From Erysipelothrix larvae (GTDB taxonomy: Bacteria > Bacillota_I > Bacilli_A > Erysipelotrichales > Erysipelotrichaceae): a DNA stretch of 32,000 bases. Every line of letters starts with the position of its first letter. Within the stretch, counting starts at the first letter, position 1. The DNA lies in contig NZ_CP013213.1 of assembly GCF_001545095.1 (NCBI RefSeq), positions 270,001 to 302,000 on the forward strand, written 5' to 3'. The position numbers and the translations under genes are program-made. The notes below the pieces were generated by a model that saw only the letters and a program-made list of their open reading frames with translations, searched no databases and was not told the origin of the DNA. Positions 18,043 to 26,381 of this stretch are shown piece by piece.

Positions 18043-18071
18043 ATTATAACCCAAAAAAAGATATTCGTAAA
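18043..18071 (-). promoter_or_regulatory. Candidate promoter of the tRNA-Asn/tRNA-Glu operon
   Basis: On the minus strand: TTTACG (18066-18071), 17-nt spacer, TATAAT (18043-18048). The -10 ends 12 nt upstream of the tRNA-Asn 5' end. Confidence 0.5.
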
Positions 18072-18131
18072 GCATATATTTACTTATATTCATAGAAGTA
18101 AATATTAAGTTGAGCAGATGTCATTTTAACG

Positions 18132-18599
18132 ATGTTATTTATAAGTTGTAATAATGAAGATATCGCAACGATTGTCGCTGAGAATCTTGAAAAAGCAGGA
18201 ATTAGGCTTAAACTAAATTCACAAGAAATGTCAGCATGGCAAACTAAAATAATGTACGATAAGAACTTCTCAATAACAATGCTTGCAGGATATCAAGGAC
18301 CGGATGTTTCTGGAATTGATAATCGTGTAAAAACTGTTGGTTCAGTGAACATTGCAGGATATAAAAATCCTCATTTGGATGAATTGCTAGGCAAAGCAGA
18401 TCAGTATTCAGAAGTTAAAGATCGTAAGCAATATTATGATGAAGTTCAAAAGATTTTATCATAAGACTTACCGATGATTTTTATCATTGAAAATGGATAT
18501 AAAACGCCAATAAAAGCTGAATTTGAAGGCACTCCATATCAAGATAAAACACAAGCTTCAAATGAGTTTACGCATGTGAAGAAAAAAGGTGGTCAGTAA
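18132..18599 (+). pseudogene. C-terminal remnant of a family-5 (Opp/Dpp/Nik-type) ABC solute-binding protein gene, 5'-truncated and carrying an in-frame stop
   Basis: Only the last ~150 codons are present (…IVAENLEKAGIRLKLNSQEMSAWQTKI…YKNPHLDELLGKA…YYDEVQKILS). TAA at 18462-18464 interrupts the frame, which continues as DLPMIFIIENGYKTPIKAEFEGTPYQ… to TAA at 18597-18599. There is no N-terminal lipoprotein part and no partner permease genes. Confidence 0.7.
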
Positions 18600-18712
18600 A
18601 TCATAGAAAACATTGATTTTCAATCTGTTTGAGTTGGTGTTAATATATAAATAGGGTATGGATCATTTGGTCACTGTCCCCCTTCCGTAAAGAGGACAGG
18701 CCCTATATCAGT

Positions 18713-18753
18713 CAGCAAATCACTGTATGCCATCGTGTTTGCTGGCTTTTCTT
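18713..18753 (+). terminator. Possible weak terminator of the decayed binding-protein gene
   Basis: CAGCAAA (18713-18719) pairs with TTTGCTG (18738-18744) and is followed by GCTTTTCTT. The 18-nt loop makes it weak. Confidence 0.3.
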
Positions 18754-19428
18754 ATGGAAAAAAGACAATTGTTTTGTGAAATGTCTAGTTTCAAACTTAT
18801 TGAAGAAAATATGGAGATATAGATGGATTGACCTATCTTGAGATGATACTAATGCCAATTGACTCGCAAAAATAATGTGGATACGTTCAGATTAAAATTA
18901 TAGTTATACTCAATTCTTTGAAAAGAAGTATATAAATATATGGTGTAATCTGATATAGTCCAACAAACTAATAGGAAAGTTTGTTGAAGCATTACTTTAG
19001 AAAAACTTTTAGTTGCTGCTTATAAGTGCGTTTATGTTGGTCGGTGTTTGAATCAAATCCAAATGTTTTTACAATGACATAACAGTTGAATCAATATAGG
19101 ATATAGCACCTATCGTTGGCTCAAACGAACCGGACCTAACGTTAAAGAACATATATTTAATAAGGGCGTGATGGTATATGAAGCATCACAATGAATGGAT
19201 GAAACAACATCAAGGGAATCCTCAGAAACAATGCATGATTGGTCATTGGTTTTGTTTTACAAAGAGAGTGAGGTTTCCAAATTCTAGCAAATCTATTGTC
19301 AACATTAAGAAACAAACCTAACACATTGGTAAATTCATAAATTCATGGGAAACCCGTGGTGAAGTAGACTGTGAAGTTGTTGGATATTTAGGTCTGGATA
19401 ATACATTGTTATCGAATTGACTTCAGTA

Positions 19429-19563
19429 TTAGAGAATCTTTACACTTTTTAAATTGAAAATGTTTTTAAATAACTTAATTATATTTATTGAAAAAGTGTT
19501 TTGCATACTTAATTGAGAAAATGAACTAAAATAGTTCGTGATTGTTCTATTACTACTATACAT
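19429..19563 (-). CDS. Candidate small ORF (44 aa, cationic, no acidic residues) with a canonical Shine-Dalgarno sequence
   Basis: On the minus strand, GGAGG (19570-19574) lies 6 nt before ATG 19563. It encodes MYSSNRTITNYFSSFSQLSMQNTFSINIIKLFKNIFNLKSVKIL, stop at 19429-19431. No convincing promoter seen and no homology recognised. Confidence 0.25.
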   Translation of the reverse strand: MYSSNRTITNYFSSFSQLSMQNTFSINIIKLFKNIFNLKSVKIL

Positions 19564-19977
19564 ATTAGACCTCCAATTTTATACTGATAGCTATTTTCTT
19601 GATGTTTGATAATCTTAAAAATTGTCCATCACTTCAAAACTGTTGTTAATTAAGTGTTCTTGAGGAAATATTCAAATACTAATATGTGACAACGTTTAAC
19701 TAAGTGTTTGTTAATGTATAAACTGTGAATGACTATTTTCTTGAGTAAAAATGTGAAAATCTTAACAATAATGGCTCTATATATAATTGTCTATCATCTT
19801 AATAAATGTACATGAATACGTTACAATTTAGACATAACTATCGTCTTGTAAGTGCTATCATATGGCTATCAAAATTAACAAGTGTAAGGGTGCACCAATT
19901 GACGTTTAATGTTATATACTAGTCAATTTTGAGAACAGTGGATGCTGTAAATCAAAATAAATGAAATGGGGATATGT

Positions 19978-20856
19978 ATGAACACAGATCGAACTCCAAA
20001 GTTTATTCATGATGAAGAATACCAAAACCTAAAACCACTTGAGATAAGTCTTGTTGATGCACAAAATGTGACAATGTTTATGCATTTAGAAGGAAATTTT
20101 CCTCATAATAATATTGTGGAGTTACATTGGCATGAATGGATTGAAGTTTTGTATGTATTAAAGGGGAAGTCAACTGTATACACTGATGAAAAGATGTTTG
20201 AAGTTGAAGCTGGGCAAATTTTGGTAATTGGTTCTTCAACACCACATAAAATTGTGGTCAGTCATGGCGCGCATTACACACAATGTCTGCACATTAACCC
20301 GAGTGTTCTGATTGAAAATCAATGCTTGGAACCATTATCTGGGAATGCTTTTCTGATTCGAGACAAGCAGGCATTTACCATTGAGTTAGCAAGACTTGTA
20401 GAAAACATCAGTAAACGTACAGTACAAAGTCAGCTTAGGTTCAAGGGAGCATTATTAAGCCTATTAGCATTAATGCTTGATAGCATCAATTACTCTGAGG
20501 ATGTTGAAAGTAAAGTAGAAGTACATGATGTGTTGGACCAAATATGTAATCATATACTGCTAAACTACAGAAGTCCTTTGAGCCTTGGAAAAATCTCTCA
20601 TTTCTTTGGATACACACCACAGCATGTCGCCTATTTATTTAAGAAATATAAAAATCAAACGTTTAATGATTACTTGAATAGCATACGTATACGGAAAGCT
20701 ATGTACAGTCTAGAACAATCAAACCAGAGAATAATTGACGTTGCATTTGAATGTGGATATTCGTCTGAGCATACGTTCATACGTAACTTTAAAAAAGTAA
20801 CAGGTATTACACCACTAAAATATAGATTAGACATGAAAGAAAAAGGCAGTTTATAG
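19978..20856 (+). CDS. AraC-family transcriptional regulator (N-terminal cupin sensor, C-terminal double HTH)
   Basis: ATG 19978 lies 6 nt after GGGG; the track start 19966 is also possible. Cupin segment HWHEWIEVLYVLKGKSTVY…GQILVIGSSTPHK. AraC HTH segment ECGYSSEHTFIRNFKKVTGITPLKYR. Confidence 0.9.
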   Translation: MNTDRTPKFIHDEEYQNLKPLEISLVDAQNVTMFMHLEGNFPHNNIVELHWHEWIEVLYVLKGKSTVYTDEKMFEVEAGQILVIGSSTPHKIVVSHGAHYTQCLHINPSVLIENQCLEPLSGNAFLIRDKQAFTIELARLVENISKRTVQSQLRFKGALLSLLALMLDSINYSEDVESKVEVHDVLDQICNHILLNYRSPLSLGKISHFFGYTPQHVAYLFKKYKNQTFNDYLNSIRIRKAMYSLEQSNQRIIDVAFECGYSSEHTFIRNFKKVTGITPLKYRLDMKEKGSL

Positions 20857-20868
20857 GAGGAAAATTTA

Positions 20869-22164
20869 ATGTCAGGAATTGGACAATTTGTTGATGAGAA
20901 AATCGTTCCATTTGCAGCGAAAATCTCAGAAAATACAGTCGTAAAAGCAATTCAATATGGGGCTATGGCAACAATGCCATTGACACTGGGGGTAAGTTTA
21001 TTAGCAATATTACTTAATCTACCGTTTGAAGCTTGGACTACATGGTTGACCACAAACGGAATTGATGTACACTTAGCTGCAACAATCAAGGTAACGATGG
21101 AAATTGCAGCACTTTATATGAGTTTTATGATTGGTTACAACAACACAGCCCTAAGAGGCAGAAGTGGCGTTACAGGAGGAATTATTTCACTTGCAGCATT
21201 CCTTATTCTTGCGCCGCAAACCATTGCATATGATGGAGGCGTAGTAGCAGGACTAAATTTCGACTATCTTGGAAGCAATGGTATTTTTGGAGGGATGATT
21301 GTTGCAGTCATTATATCGAGTTTATTTGTTTATCTTGATAAAAAAGGGATCGTAGTAAAACTTCCTGAATCTGTACCGCCGATGGTTAGTCAGTCTTTAT
21401 CACCAACATTTATCGCAATCATAATATTCACAGGTGTGTTCTTTGTGCGTGTTGGTTTTGGAATGACTCAATATGGAAATTTCTATGACTTTATCACAAC
21501 AGTTCTTGGACAACCGATTGTAAATTTGGGAACATCATTACCATCAGTATTAGCGTTATTAGTTCTGATTAACGTTTTTTGGTTCTTTGGAATTCACCCA
21601 ATGACTCTATTGAGTGTTTATATGCCAGTATTGATGACTGTAGGACAAGCTAACTTAACTGCATTTATGGCTGGAGAAACAATGCCTTATCTTGCATTTA
21701 GCGCATCATTCGCATTCTATGCGGTAGGTGGAACTGGAAATACATTAGGTCTAGCTTTGATTATTCCATTTATCGCGAAATCTGAACGCTATAAAGCTTT
21801 AGGAAAATTATCGGTTGGACCAAGCCTATTTAACATTAATGAGCCATTCATTTTTGGTTTACCAATTATGTTGAATCCATTGTTTTTAACACCTATGGTT
21901 GCAACATCAATTGTGAATACCTTACTCGGATACCTCGCTTATACTTTAGGCGTTTTTAATACACTTAATCCTACAATCAGTTTACCATGGATTATGCCAG
22001 CATTTATCACACCATTTTTCACAATCGGATTTGCTGGTGTTTTAACTGTAGTGTTAATAATTGTTGTAGATGCATTAATCTATTACCCATTCTTCCGCAA
22101 AGCAGATAACCTCGCTTATGAAGAAGAAAATCAACCGGTTGAGTCGGCAAGAACGTACGCATAG
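20869..22164 (+). CDS. PTS EIIC permease, lactose/cellobiose (Lac) family
   Basis: RBS GGAGGA. About 10 hydrophobic helices. Family hallmark NINEPFIFGLPIMLNP. 431 aa. Confidence 0.92.
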   Translation: MSGIGQFVDEKIVPFAAKISENTVVKAIQYGAMATMPLTLGVSLLAILLNLPFEAWTTWLTTNGIDVHLAATIKVTMEIAALYMSFMIGYNNTALRGRSGVTGGIISLAAFLILAPQTIAYDGGVVAGLNFDYLGSNGIFGGMIVAVIISSLFVYLDKKGIVVKLPESVPPMVSQSLSPTFIAIIIFTGVFFVRVGFGMTQYGNFYDFITTVLGQPIVNLGTSLPSVLALLVLINVFWFFGIHPMTLLSVYMPVLMTVGQANLTAFMAGETMPYLAFSASFAFYAVGGTGNTLGLALIIPFIAKSERYKALGKLSVGPSLFNINEPFIFGLPIMLNPLFLTPMVATSIVNTLLGYLAYTLGVFNTLNPTISLPWIMPAFITPFFTIGFAGVLTVVLIIVVDALIYYPFFRKADNLAYEEENQPVESARTYA

Positions 22165-22171
22165 AGGACTA

Positions 22172-22477
22172 GTGTTGAAAAATATACTCTTATTATGCAA
22201 TGGTGGAATGTCAACAAGTTTACTAGTTACAAAAATGAAAGCCTACGCGGATTCAATTGGTTTTGAATGCTCAATCGAAGCTAAACCATCTGCCTTCGTT
22301 TCAAAAAAGAAACCAGAAGTTGATGTTATATTAATCGGTCCTCAGATTCGACATCAATTAAAATCTATTAAATTATCAGTCGATCCAATTCCTGTTGAGG
22401 CTATTGACATGGTCGCATATGGCATGATGGATGGAAAAAAAGTGATTGAACGGGTTATCGAGTTAACAAGTTCATAA
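22172..22477 (+). CDS. PTS EIIB, lactose/cellobiose family
   Basis: Start at GTG 22172 or TTG 22175, just after AGAGGA (22163-22168). The track start 22118 would overlap EIIC. Active-site loop LLLCNGGMSTSLLV. About 100 aa. Confidence 0.88.
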   Translation: MLKNILLLCNGGMSTSLLVTKMKAYADSIGFECSIEAKPSAFVSKKKPEVDVILIGPQIRHQLKSIKLSVDPIPVEAIDMVAYGMMDGKKVIERVIELTSS

Positions 22478-22549
22478 CAACTACAAATAAAAAGGATAAA
22501 ATATAGGTGTGATTGTAACATCTATATTTTTTATAGAAAGGATGATGAT

Positions 22550-23431
22550 ATGAATGTATTAGTTTATGACATTGGTGGAACACACATTAAGTATGCACTG
22601 ATAAATGAAGCACATCAAATCTTAGAAAAAGGAAGTGTTGATACACCTAAGAAATCAAAGGAAAAGTTTGTAGAGTGTGTCAAAGAGATTTATGAGTCGT
22701 TTGATGATATAGCGGGGATAGCAGTGAGTATGCCTGGACGTATTGATAATATACGAGGGTATGCTTACACCTCTGGTGCATTACTCTATTTAGATGAGAC
22801 CAATATGGTTGAGCTGTTTCATAGTTTTTGTGACGTTTTTGTTGCATTTGATAATGATGGTAAGTGTGCTGCGAATGCAGAAGCAAAACTTGGCTCACTT
22901 CAGGGGATAGATGATGCGATTGTGTTAGTGTTTGGTACCGGAATCGGTGGAGGGATTATCAAAAATCGCGCGGTTCATCGTGGCCATCATTTTTCTGCCG
23001 GGGAATTCAGTTTCATGGGTTCTGGAAGTGGTTCAGAAGGTCATTATTTCGGAATGGACGGAAGTGTGCATAAAATGCTGAGAATATATGCAAGGTTAAA
23101 GAATCTTGAACCGGATTTGGTAGATGGTCATCTTTTCTTTGATGCCTATGAGGCACAAGAAATGGAAGCAAGACAAGCCATGGATCAATATTGTAGTGGC
23201 GTAGTGCCTTATATTTTTAACTTGCAATTCGTCTATGATCCTGAAGTGATTGCGATTGGAGGCGGCATTAGTTCACGGCATGTGTTTGTAGAAGCACTTC
23301 AACATCATGTTGATGCATACTATGAAGCAATTCCTTTCAAACTTGCAAAACCAAGACTTATTCAAGCTGCTTTTAGAAATGATGCAAATCTATTTGGTGC
23401 ACTGATGAATTACGAAGAAAATAAACAATGA
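22550..23431 (+). CDS. ROK-family sugar kinase (no N-terminal HTH; BglK/hexose-kinase-like)
   Basis: N-terminal ATP-binding motif VYDIGGTHIKYALI, central FGTGIGGGII, AGEFSFMG. I could not find the usual CxCGxxGC zinc motif of many ROK kinases. Confidence 0.85.
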   Translation: MNVLVYDIGGTHIKYALINEAHQILEKGSVDTPKKSKEKFVECVKEIYESFDDIAGIAVSMPGRIDNIRGYAYTSGALLYLDETNMVELFHSFCDVFVAFDNDGKCAANAEAKLGSLQGIDDAIVLVFGTGIGGGIIKNRAVHRGHHFSAGEFSFMGSGSGSEGHYFGMDGSVHKMLRIYARLKNLEPDLVDGHLFFDAYEAQEMEARQAMDQYCSGVVPYIFNLQFVYDPEVIAIGGGISSRHVFVEALQHHVDAYYEAIPFKLAKPRLIQAAFRNDANLFGALMNYEENKQ

Positions 23432-23444
23432 AGGAGACACAGTA

Positions 23445-24206
23445 ATGGCAAAATTATCAGTTGATTATTATTCAAATGCTTTAAAGAGACATGTGGAATT
23501 AACCGTTTTACTCCCTGTAGATGCGTTAAATCAACAGTTTAAGTATGAAGACTTAAAACCATTTAAGACCTTATACTTACTCCATGGAATGTTGGGGAAT
23601 CGACACGATTGGATTGATCGAACCTTATTACATAATTACCTCGAAGGAGCAAATATTGCGGTGGTCATGCCGAGTGGTGAAAACTCAATGTATGTTAACA
23701 ACGCCCTTTCAAATGTTGATTATAGTGCGTGGATTGGTGATGAGTTGGTGTCGATGACCCGTCGCATGTTCCCCTTATCACCTAAGCGAGAAGATACCTA
23801 CATCGCAGGGTTATCGATGGGTGGTTTTGGATCCTTGATGAATGGGTTAAAGTATCGTGATGTTTTTTCAGTAATTGGTTCATTCTCTGCGCCAATCCAA
23901 AAGTCTGACGACTTAAAGAAAAACTACAGTGGTATTAATATGTTTGGTATGTCTTATCAAGCACAATTTGAAGAAAATCCGAGTGCGTTTGATATCTATC
24001 AAATGTTGGACCAAAATCAAGGGGACATTCCTTATCTCTATTTAAGCTGTGGATCGCGTGATTTCTTAATTGAGAATAATCGGGAGTTTGTGAAGTATGT
24101 CGCTTCAAAGAATATTCATCATGAATATTTTGAATTGGATGATGATCATTCGTGGACGTTTTGGGACGAATCTATTAAACGATTTATTGCTTATTTAAAG
24201 CGATAA
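23445..24206 (+). CDS. Alpha/beta-hydrolase esterase (esterase D / tributyrin-esterase-like family)
   Basis: RBS AAGGAGA. Nucleophile elbow GLSMGGFGS, later acid (CGSRDFL) and His (DDDHSWTFW) candidates. No signal peptide is visible, so it is probably cytoplasmic. Confidence 0.8.
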   Translation: MAKLSVDYYSNALKRHVELTVLLPVDALNQQFKYEDLKPFKTLYLLHGMLGNRHDWIDRTLLHNYLEGANIAVVMPSGENSMYVNNALSNVDYSAWIGDELVSMTRRMFPLSPKREDTYIAGLSMGGFGSLMNGLKYRDVFSVIGSFSAPIQKSDDLKKNYSGINMFGMSYQAQFEENPSAFDIYQMLDQNQGDIPYLYLSCGSRDFLIENNREFVKYVASKNIHHEYFELDDDHSWTFWDESIKRFIAYLKR

Positions 24207-24212
24207 ATGAGA

Positions 24213-24246
24213 AAGAAAAGGGTGTGATAATTCACACCCTTTTCTT
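24213..24246. terminator. Bidirectional intrinsic terminator between the convergent esterase and ATPase genes
   Basis: 15-bp stem (24213-24227 / 24232-24246, core AAAAGGGTGTGA/TCACACCCTTTT) with a TAAT loop. T-rich runs follow on both strands. The stem starts at the ATPase stop codon. Confidence 0.85.
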
Positions 24247-26248
24247 ATTCTTGTATGCCTTTTAGAAGTCTTAGACCACTGAGTATGACGAGTATAGTAC
24301 TGCCTTCATGCATCAATACCGCAAACCACATGTCCATTTGACCGATAATATTCATTATGAGTAAGAAGACTACCACACCCATTGCGAAGATAATATTTTG
24401 AATTACAACACGGCGCAGTTTTTTGGATAGTTTATGTGTGTACACAAACTTAGAGAGGTCATTTTCCATAAGAACAGCATCGGCGGCATCAATAGCGATA
24501 TCAGTGCCATCCCCCATCGCAACACCAATATCGGCATTAACTAAGGCGGGAGCATCATTGACACCATCCCCAAGCATCGCGATTGGACCGTGTTTTGATT
24601 GAAGTGACGTTATGATCGTCGCTTTATCTTCAGGAAGCACGTTTGCGATGATTTCATCGATGCCCAATTGTTTACCAATGGCTTCACCGGTTTGTTTTGC
24701 ATCACCTGTAAGCATGACTGTATGAACATTGTTATCCTTGAAGTATTGAATAGCATGAGCAGCACTTTGTTTTGGGATGTCTTGGATTGCAATTAATCCG
24801 ACAACACTGCTATCAATTGATAGATAAATTACGGTTTTTCCATCATCTTCAAGTTGACGTGTTTTGCTTTGAATATCTGCGTTGATATCGGAAAATACGC
24901 TAGGCTTTCCAATAATATAAGAGCGACTGTCATAACGTGCGCTCAGTCCAGACCCAATTAAGTTAATGACTTCGATATCAAGGATAGGTTCATCTTTGAA
25001 GTGCGCCGTAATAGCATCAGCAAGTGGATGATTTGATTTGCGTTCCATATTAACAAAGATGTTAAGTGCTTGTTTTTGTTGTTTAGGGTCAAGTGCATCT
25101 GTAAATTGAACATCTGTGACTACGGGTTTCCCTTCAGTCAGTGTTCCTGTTTTATCAAATGCAACGACCTTAATGTCTGATAGATTTGAAAGATAGGATC
25201 CACCCTTAAAGAGTACGCCCCGTTTTGCGAGGTTTGAAATCGCAGAGAGGGTTGCTGGGATATCCGTAGCAGCAAGGGCACATGGGGATGCGACAATTAA
25301 CATTACCATGGTTCGATAGAAACTCATTGTATGACCCCATCCAAAGACACTGAGACCTAAGAGATAGAAGATAGGTGCTGCGATTAGGACACCTGTTACG
25401 TAGATGGGTTCAATGCGTTTGATAAGCACTGCAGTCTTTGAGATGTTTGATTGTGCTTGACTTACTAAAGCAACAATTTTCGCAAATACTGTATCAGAAC
25501 TGTCTTTGGATACTTCCATCTCGAAAACAGTGTTTCCATTGATGGTGCTTCCAAATACGAGATCACCCGTTTGTTTATCAACAGGAATACTTTCCCCTGT
25601 AATGGAAGATTGGTCAATGGTAGCCCAACCACTTATGATAAAACCATCCGTCGCGATTTGATCTCCGCTTAATACTTGTAAGTGATCCCCGATTTTTAAC
25701 GTAGACACATCAACAAGTGTGATAGATCCGTCTTGATTTAAAAGACGTGCTTGTGTTGGTTTGAGTTTTAAAAGGTTTGTGATTTCTTTTTTACTGCGTC
25801 CTTCAGCATAGCCTTCCAAGAAGTGGGCACCTGCAAAGATGAGAATCAGAAGTGCAGCTTCTTGATACTCGCCAATGATGATGGCACCAAAGGCAGCCAG
25901 TGTCATTAAGACATGGACATTGGGTGTGAATTTGTGGTTTGATTTTGTTGCATAATATGTATCTTGAAATCCTTCAAGTATAATGTGGAGTCCACTAAAT
26001 AAAAGGGTTGCGACATATAATGTGTTTCTTAAGAATCCTTGAGGAATCAATAGGGCGACGATATACAGTGCAAGTCCAACGAAGTAGGCGGCGATTAAAC
26101 CGGGTGAATTATGGTTGTGGTCATGATGGTGTCCATGAGCATGGTCGTGTTCATGATGATGATCATGTCCATGATGATCGTGTCCATGATGGTCATGATG
26201 CGCGTGGTCATGGTGGCATGTTTCATGCGTATGTGCTTGATGTGTCAT
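24245..26248 (-). CDS. P1B-4-type heavy-metal exporting P-type ATPase (Co/Zn/Fe(II) class, PfeT/CtpD-like) with a His-rich N-terminal tail
   Basis: DKTGTLT, GDGVNDAP, TGES. Transmembrane SPC (VASPCALAAT) plus HEGST (MHEGSTILV), which are signatures of subgroup P1B-4. 25 of the first 48 residues are His (my count). RBS AAGGAGGA. Confidence 0.9.
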   Translation of the reverse strand: MTHQAHTHETCHHDHAHHDHHGHDHHGHDHHHEHDHAHGHHHDHNHNSPGLIAAYFVGLALYIVALLIPQGFLRNTLYVATLLFSGLHIILEGFQDTYYATKSNHKFTPNVHVLMTLAAFGAIIIGEYQEAALLILIFAGAHFLEGYAEGRSKKEITNLLKLKPTQARLLNQDGSITLVDVSTLKIGDHLQVLSGDQIATDGFIISGWATIDQSSITGESIPVDKQTGDLVFGSTINGNTVFEMEVSKDSSDTVFAKIVALVSQAQSNISKTAVLIKRIEPIYVTGVLIAAPIFYLLGLSVFGWGHTMSFYRTMVMLIVASPCALAATDIPATLSAISNLAKRGVLFKGGSYLSNLSDIKVVAFDKTGTLTEGKPVVTDVQFTDALDPKQQKQALNIFVNMERKSNHPLADAITAHFKDEPILDIEVINLIGSGLSARYDSRSYIIGKPSVFSDINADIQSKTRQLEDDGKTVIYLSIDSSVVGLIAIQDIPKQSAAHAIQYFKDNNVHTVMLTGDAKQTGEAIGKQLGIDEIIANVLPEDKATIITSLQSKHGPIAMLGDGVNDAPALVNADIGVAMGDGTDIAIDAADAVLMENDLSKFVYTHKLSKKLRRVVIQNIIFAMGVVVFLLIMNIIGQMDMWFAVLMHEGSTILVILSGLRLLKGIQE

Positions 26249-26261
26249 GGTGTCCTCCTTA

Positions 26262-26295
26262 TATTAGTATATGAGCATGTGTTCATATACTAATA
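26262..26295. promoter_or_regulatory. 34-bp palindromic operator between the ATPase promoter and its RBS
   Basis: TATTAGTATATGA (26262-26274) and TCATATACTAATA (26283-26295) are perfect reverse complements around GCATGTGT. The core, TGAGCA-TG-TGTTCA, resembles the TGAACA-N2-TGTTCA (12-2-12) operators of ArsR/SmtB metalloregulators. Confidence 0.6.
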
Positions 26296-26323
26296 TTATA
26301 AAGTGGGAACATATTTATGTCAA
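26295..26323 (-). promoter_or_regulatory. Consensus sigma-A promoter of the metal ATPase gene
   Basis: On the minus strand: TTGACA (26318-26323), 17-nt spacer, TATAAT (26295-26300). Both hexamers are perfect consensus. The operator begins at the last base of the -10. Confidence 0.7.
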
Positions 26324-26381
26324 TCAAAAATATTTTTATGATTAAGTCAAAAAAATCCCCGTTTCGAGGAATTTTTTCATG

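Noticed and set aside
18651-18706. Resemblance of TAGGGTATGG…TGGTC…GGACAGGCCC to the ykkC/guanidine-I riboswitch core
   Set aside because: Only a few short words are similar. The conserved GGTCCGAGAG and ACACGG/GGGACAAAAGCCCGGGAG segments are not present. Too weak to call without a covariance model.
22118-22171. Long EIIB start at ATG 22118, overlapping EIIC by 47 nt
   Set aside because: The extension (MKKKINRLSRQERTHRGL) is an out-of-frame reading of the EIIC 3' end. The RBS AGAGGA sits just before GTG 22172/TTG 22175, and EIIB proteins are about 100 aa.
26008-26293. Plus-strand ORFs 26008-26274 and 26111-26293 (Met/Val/His/Asp-rich)
   Set aside because: They are mirror-frame artefacts of the repetitive CAT/GAT codons that encode the His-rich tail of the ATPase on the other strand.
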